Positions 13,399 through 22,895 of a stretch of DNA of 22,895 nt are shown piece by piece. The stretch comes from Kofleriaceae bacterium (GTDB lineage: Bacteria; Myxococcota_A; Polyangia; Haliangiales; Haliangiaceae). The notes beneath the pieces are model-generated. The model made no database searches. It saw only the letters and a list, made by a program, of their open reading frames with translations, and was not told the DNA's origin. Within the stretch, counting starts at the first letter, position 1. Every line of letters begins with the position of its first letter. Position numbers and translations under genes: made by a program. Location of the stretch: the NCBI GenBank assembly GCA_046597055.1, contig JBKJLC010000155.1, forward strand, positions 1 to 22,895, written 5' to 3'.

Positions 13399-15143
13399 AT
13401 GACCCGATCGAATGCAACGCGCTTGGGCCTCTGGCTGTGCGTTGGTCTGGCGGTCGCACTGCCGGGACCCGGACGTGCGGCCCATGCCCCACCCCTCACG
13501 ACCCGGGCCGGGGCGGTCGCGGCCGACGATCCGACCGCCAGCGCGGTCGGTGCCGAGGTGCTGTCCGACGGCGGCAATGCCGTCGACGCGGCGGTCGCGA
13601 CCGTGCTCGCCCTGGGGGTGGTGAATCCGATCTCCTCCGGAATCGGAGGAGGTGGCTTCGCCGTCGTGTACGACGCCGCGACCGGTTCGGTCCACGTGTA
13701 CGACTTCCGCGAGGTCGCCCCGGCGGCCCTCGACCCGTCGGACTTCGTCGTCGACGGCAAGCTCGACCCGTCGCTGTCCCGGCTCGGCGGCCTGGCGGTG
13801 GGCGTGCCGGGTGAGGTGGCCGGGCTGGCGCTCCTGTCGCAGCGCCACGGCCGGCTGTCGTGGCGCCGGCTGGTGGTGCCGGCGGCCGAGCTGGCCCGCG
13901 ACGGGACCCCGGCCTCCTGGTTCCTGAGCAACCGGCTTCCGTTGGTCCTGAAGTCGCTGCCCGACGCCCCGATGTTCGGGCCGCTCCGCGCGCTGATCGC
14001 CCCCGGTGGGACCCCGCCGGCGTGGGGCGACCGGTGGCGCCGGCCGGCCCTGGCCGCCACCCTGCTCGCGATCGCGGCCGACCCCCGCGCCTTCTACCAG
14101 GGCCCGATCGCGGCCGATCTCGCGGCGACCACCGCCGCCGCGGGCGGCGTCCTCACCACCGCCGATCTGGCCGCCTACCAGCCGGTCGAGCGCGAGGTGC
14201 TGTGGGGCAGGTGGCACGGCCTGCGCCTGGCGACCGTGCCGCTGCCGTCGTCGGGCGGCGTGGTGCTGCTCGAGATGCTGGGCATCCTCGATCGCACGGG
14301 CCTCGACCTCACCGCGCTGGGCCAGGGCTCCAGCGCCGCCTTCCACGTGATCGCGGAGGTCGGCAAGCACGGCTTCGCCGACCGTGCCCGCCTGCTCGGC
14401 GACAGCGATGGCGCGCGCCGCGCGGCGGCCCAGCTGCTCGACGATGCCCGCCTGAAGCGACTGGCGAAGCGGGTCGCGCTCGATCGGGTCCAGCCCACCG
14501 CGCAGTACGGCGAATCACCGCCGGCGCAGGCGAGCGCGCGGCCGCCCGGTCCCGGCGGCACCTCCCACGTGTGCGTCATCGATCGCCACGGCAACGCGGT
14601 GGCCCTGACCACCACCGTCAACGGCTACCTCGGCAGCAAGCTGGTCACCGCCGGCGGGGTCGTCCTCAACAACGAGATCGACGACTTCGCGCTCGATCCC
14701 AAGGTCGCCAACCTGTTCGGCCTGACCCAGAGCGACGCCAACCTGGTCGCGGCCGGCAAGCGCCCGCTGTCGTCGATGTCGCCGGTGCTGGTCTTCGACG
14801 GCGACCGCGTGGTCGGCTGCGTCGGCGGCTCCGGTGGCCCCCGCATCATCTCCAACGTGTTCCAGGCCATCCTGAACGTCTGGCTGTTCGGCCTCGATCC
14901 GCGGGCCGCGGTCGAGACCGGCCGCATCCATCATCAGTGGTCGCCCGACACGCTGGTGGTCGAGCCCGACCTGACGACCGACGTCCGCGCGGGCCTCACC
15001 GCCCGCGGCCAGACCCTGATGGTCCGGCCCGAGCCGACCGCGGTGCAGATGATCGTGGTCGGGCCCGACGGCTCGATCCAGGCCGCCAGCGATCCGCGCA
15101 AGCACGGCGCCCCGGCCGCGCCGCGCCGCGCCGGTCGCGCCGG

Positions 15144-15156
<13 letters not shown>
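13399..15156 (+). CDS. ggt: Gamma-glutamyltransferase, secreted
   Basis: Signal peptide; [30 protein letters not shown]; autocatalytic Thr in [39 protein letters not shown]. Confidence 0.96.
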
Positions 15157-16403
<1,247 letters not shown>

Positions 16404-16408
16404 GACGG

Positions 16409-17236
<828 letters not shown>

Positions 17237-17351
17237 CGGGGCGCAGCCTAGCACTCCCGGCCCGGTTGCCGCCTCACCGCCGTGGTCGCCGGCGCCGCCC
17301 CGGCGAAGCCGGCTCACACACCGTGTGGGGCCGCGTCATACTCGGGCCATC

Positions 17352-17615
17352 ATGAGCAGCAGTCTCGTCAAGCACTCGGGTGGTGGCGGCACGGGCGTGG
17401 TGCCGGCGGTGTGCAGCGCGATCATTCCCGGCGTCGGCCAGCTCGTCAACGGCGAGACCGACAAGGCCATCGGCGTGTTCGTGGTCTGGGGCGTCGCTGG
17501 CCTCGGCCTGATCGGCGCGATCCCGGTCATCGGCGGCATCGCGGGCCTGGTCGGTGGCGCGACCTGGCTGTACGGCGTCGGCGACGCCTACCTGACCGGC
17601 CGGCGCAAGCGGTAG
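17352..17615 (+). CDS. Small Gly-rich membrane protein (TM2-like)
   Basis: SAIIPGVGQLVNGE motif, two hydrophobic segments, WLYGVGDAY, basic C-terminus; normal codon bias; fills the intergenic gap. Confidence 0.8.
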   Translation: MSSSLVKHSGGGGTGVVPAVCSAIIPGVGQLVNGETDKAIGVFVVWGVAGLGLIGAIPVIGGIAGLVGGATWLYGVGDAYLTGRRKR

Positions 17616-17661
17616 CCCCGATCGCCGGTCGCCCGGCACCGTGTTGCGGGGTCAGCCCGGA

Positions 17662-19286
17662 TCAGAACCAGGTGCTCACGCCCAGCATGAGCAGGGTGTA
17701 GCCGCTCTTGTAGGTGCCCTCGTTGAACGGGCTCTGCAGCTGCGCGCCGGGGTCGGCGGTCGGCTGGATCGGGTCGGGCGACGGGCGATCGTTGCGGCCG
17801 TCCGGGGTCGAGCCGGGCGTACAGCCCTCGCGCGGCAGCGGGTTGCAGCCGGTGCCCTGGGTGCGCTCGCCCTCGTAGACCAGGCCCCCGCCGATGTCGA
17901 ACTGCAGCTTGGCCAGCCGCAGCGACGCGCCGATGGTGCCGGTGGTGCGGGCGGCGCCGTCGATGTCGAGGCGCTCCCAGCCGTCTGGCGCGGCGGCGGT
18001 GTCGTGGGCCACCCCGCCGCGCACGATCAGGGTGCCGAAGCTCATCGGCGTCTGCCACGACCCGCCGAGGCGGACCGACAGGGTGTCCTTCAGATTGTGG
18101 CGAAGGCTGGTGGGCTGCAGCGACAGCCCGACCGGGTTGGGGCCGTCCCCGACCTGGCCGAAGCCATCGACGATGATGTCGAAGTCGCTGGCGCTGCTCC
18201 ACGCCTCGTAGGCGACGTCGAGCTCGACATCGGCGACCTGACCGCCGTGACGGTCGCGGGCCACATAGCGCGCGCCCACGGTCGCGATCCACGGCAGCGG
18301 CACGTTCACGCACGCCTTGAGCGCCGCGGCGGTGCCACCCTCCTCGCACACCGGCTCGAGCGCCGGGATGATGGTCACCGGCACCCCGCCGACCAGGACC
18401 CCGGAGCCGGTCCGCGCGGTGCCGCTGCCCTTGCCCTCGATCGTGTAGCCGCTGTTCCACGCCGCGCCGACCTCGATCGCGTCGGTGATCGCATAGTGAG
18501 CGCCGACGCCGAACGACGGCACGAAGTTGTCCTTCACGTCGACCGTGAACTCGGAGTCGCGGCCGGTCCATTCGTCGAAGTTGGGCAGGCCCCAGACGTA
18601 GCTGCGGGCCTTGATCTGGCCGAACCCTGCCGAGAACCGCGCGCCGACCGAGAGCTTGGCGTTGATCTGGTAGCCGGCCGCGATCGACGGCAGCACGATC
18701 GCCGCCTCCTGCGTGACGATGTCGTAGCGCGACGCGGGCGGCGGCCGGGTCGGGTCCTCGAACTGGTAGTCGGCCGCGTACGATCGGGTCGGGTAGGCGT
18801 TGGGCGCGATGATCGCCGCGGCCAGGGTCAGGCCCTCGACCTTGCCACCGAGCCGGGTCGACACCGCGATCACCGGCACCGCCTGGAAGCCGCCGATGCC
18901 GATCGGCGGCGACGACTCGTCCTCGACGGCGGCGTACGGGGTGCCCTCCCAGGGGTCGTTGGTCTCGGGCTCGATCACCTCGTCGTAGGTGCCGCTCCGG
19001 GTGTAGGTCATGTCGTAGTCGATGAGCGACGTCCCGACGTGCACCGTGGTCGCGCCCTTGACCGCGGCCAGCCGGGCCGGGTTGATCGCGACCGCCGACG
19101 GATCGTCGATCGAGGCGACCGACGCACCGGCGCGACCGGTCGACACTGGACCGGCGCCGGGCAGCACGAGGCCACCGGCAACGGCGACCCCGGGCGCGGC
19201 CAGCGCGAGGGCTGCGCCCGCGAGCACCTTGCGGAGGGTTGACGTGGTGCAGCCTCTGCGCGGCTGCGCGACCTGGTGGTACCCCT

Positions 19287-19290
<4 letters not shown>
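17662..19290 (-). CDS. FadL/OmpP1-family outer membrane transport protein
   Basis: Signal peptide, then hatch motif [24 protein letters not shown]; amphipathic beta-strands; C-terminal Phe (GVSTWF); ATG overlaps the mnmG stop as ATGA. The start is somewhat uncertain. Confidence 0.85.
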
Positions 19291-21269
<1,979 letters not shown>

Positions 21270-21350
21270 GTCTAGCATCCCTCGGCGCGTGGCGGGGGGC
21301 GATCACGTAAGCCCGCAACGGATAGCTGTCGCCCACCGAGCTCGGGGCGA

Positions 21351-22028
21351 TCACATCTTCGGGTTGTCTTCGTCGTGTTCGGCGGCCTGCTTCTTCGCGC
21401 AGTCCTCGCCGTGCGGACGATCGGGCACGAACTTGTAGACGTCGAGCGTGGCGCGGACGAGCAGCTCGGCCGGGTGCAGCTGATCCGGCGACCGACCGGT
21501 GTCCCAGGTCAGGCCTTTGACCTTCACCGAGCCGCACTTGTCGCGCTTGGGGTCGGTGTAATCAGCCTTCTTCTCGCGCAGCTCGTCGAACGAGCACACG
21601 CCGGGATAACCGCAGTTGAAGGTGAACGTGTCGTACCAGCTCCTGGTCTGCGCTCCGAGCTCCTTGACCGACCACGCCGCCGACACGCCATTGGGATCGC
21701 TCGCACGCATCTCGATCGGCGTCTCGCCGGTCGCGAGGTCGACGTAGAAGCACGCCTCGGCACGCTCCGCGTCCTTGAACATCAGGTTGTCGCGGACCTT
21801 GATCCACACGGCCTGCGGCGAGCTCAGGCGCACCTCGAACCGCTTGTACCCGGCATCCGTGGGCACGCCTGCCTCCTCGGTGCTCGTCGCGCACTTGCAC
21901 GTCTCGCCATTACAAAGCGGACCGGCAAACACACCCTGCGTGCGCTTCGCGGGGGTCGCGCCGATCTCGATCTGGCTCGCACCGCCCGAGCAGCCGATGA
22001 CTGCCAACGAAATCCAACCAATTCGCAT
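21351..22028 (-). CDS. Hypothetical Cys-rich lipoprotein
   Basis: [13 protein letters not shown] short lipoprotein signal; eight further Cys; protein-like composition, unlike the overlapping shadow ORFs. Confidence 0.75.
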   Translation of the reverse strand: MRIGWISLAVIGCSGGASQIEIGATPAKRTQGVFAGPLCNGETCKCATSTEEAGVPTDAGYKRFEVRLSSPQAVWIKVRDNLMFKDAERAEACFYVDLATGETPIEMRASDPNGVSAAWSVKELGAQTRSWYDTFTFNCGYPGVCSFDELREKKADYTDPKRDKCGSVKVKGLTWDTGRSPDQLHPAELLVRATLDVYKFVPDRPHGEDCAKKQAAEHDEDNPKM

Positions 22029-22098
22029 GCCTTTGTTATCCCAGGTGCGGGCAACCCTTGTCATGCTTCGGGGGTCAGAGTATGGACGGTACTCCCTC

Positions 22099-22893
22099 AT
22101 GATCACGAGGCTCTTGGTTCTTGCCGCACTCGCGCTCCCCGTCGCAACGGGCTGTGGCGCGAAGAGCGGTAGCGGCAGCGTCGACTACTCGGTCTCCGCG
22201 CAAAAGAACTACGACAAGGGGATCAAGGAGCTCGACCGCAAGGACTGGGTCGCGGCCTCGAAGTACTTCGGCTTCATCAAGAGCCGGTTCCCGTACTCCA
22301 AGTTCGCGGTGCTCGCCGAGCTCCGCCTCGCCGATGCCGAGTTCGGCGCCGAGCAGTACCTCGAGGCGATCGACAGTTACCGATTGTTCATCAAGTTTCA
22401 CCCGACGCACGAGATGGTCGCGAACGGCTACGCGTCGTTCCGCATTGGCGAGTCCTACTACCAGCAGCTGTCCGGCGATTTCTGGCTGTTCCCGCCGAGC
22501 TACGAGAAGGACCAGTCCGCGACGGAAGACGCGGCGACCGAGCTCAAAAGCTTCCTCGACAAGTACCCGGACTCGCCTTACCGCGACCGCGCCAAGACGA
22601 TCGTGAAGACGGTCGGCAAGAGGCTCGCCGACCACGAGTGGTACGTCGCTCGCTACTACTGGGACCGCGGCAAGCCGATGGGCACCGTGCTCCGCCTACG
22701 CCGCCTCCTCGAGCAATACCGTGGCGTTGGCTACGACGAGGAGGCCCTGTGGCTCCTCGGCCGCGCGTATGTCGCCGTCGACATGCGCGACCGTGCTCGC
22801 ACCACCTGGACCGAGCTCGTCCAGAAGCACCCGCGCAGCAACCGTGCCGGCGAGGCGCGCGATGCGCTCGCTTCGCTCGGCCCCAAGCGCTGA
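22099..22893 (+). CDS. bamD: Outer membrane protein assembly factor BamD
   Basis: Lipobox ATG-C; TPR motifs [47 protein letters not shown]. Confidence 0.95.
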   Translation: MITRLLVLAALALPVATGCGAKSGSGSVDYSVSAQKNYDKGIKELDRKDWVAASKYFGFIKSRFPYSKFAVLAELRLADAEFGAEQYLEAIDSYRLFIKFHPTHEMVANGYASFRIGESYYQQLSGDFWLFPPSYEKDQSATEDAATELKSFLDKYPDSPYRDRAKTIVKTVGKRLADHEWYVARYYWDRGKPMGTVLRLRRLLEQYRGVGYDEEALWLLGRAYVAVDMRDRARTTWTELVQKHPRSNRAGEARDALASLGPKR

Positions 22894-22895
22894 GA

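Noticed and set aside
21775..22098. N-terminal extension of BamD to 372 aa, overlapping the divergent lipoprotein gene
   Set aside because: The lipoprotein signal peptide and lipobox place the start at 22099.

Overview
High-GC, almost fully coding housekeeping region. Gene content suggests a Myxococcota genome, possibly Kofleriaceae/Haliangiales-like (TIGR02266 domain, kinase-TPR remnant, long HPF, full-length HprK); the taxonomy is inference. The left third is a minus-strand run: pyrG, rpoN, hpf, ptsN, hprK, rapZ, ptsH, ptsI (ptsI is cut by the window edge and absent from the ORF track). The middle holds a Cys-rich lipoprotein, a stand-alone biotin carboxylase, an internally deleted Ser/Thr kinase-TPR gene, a TIGR02266/TM/PEGA protein with Gly-Thr repeats, ggt, a MoxR + VWA pair and a small membrane protein. 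The right end holds a FadL-like outer-membrane protein coupled to mnmG, a second Cys-rich lipoprotein and bamD. I saw no RNA genes, CRISPR arrays or mobile elements, and I cannot support a clearly new multi-gene system. Best leads: (1) pyrG abuts rpoN without the kds/lpt block usually found between them, a possible sign of an LPS-less diderm; (2) a sigma70-type rpoN promoter bracketed by two antisense sigma54-like boxes; (3) an in-frame kinase-TPR deletion fusion; (4) repeated TAnnnT boxes just upstream of SD-less start codons; (5) a codon-usage shift inside mnmG. All product calls come from motif recognition by eye; no searches were run.
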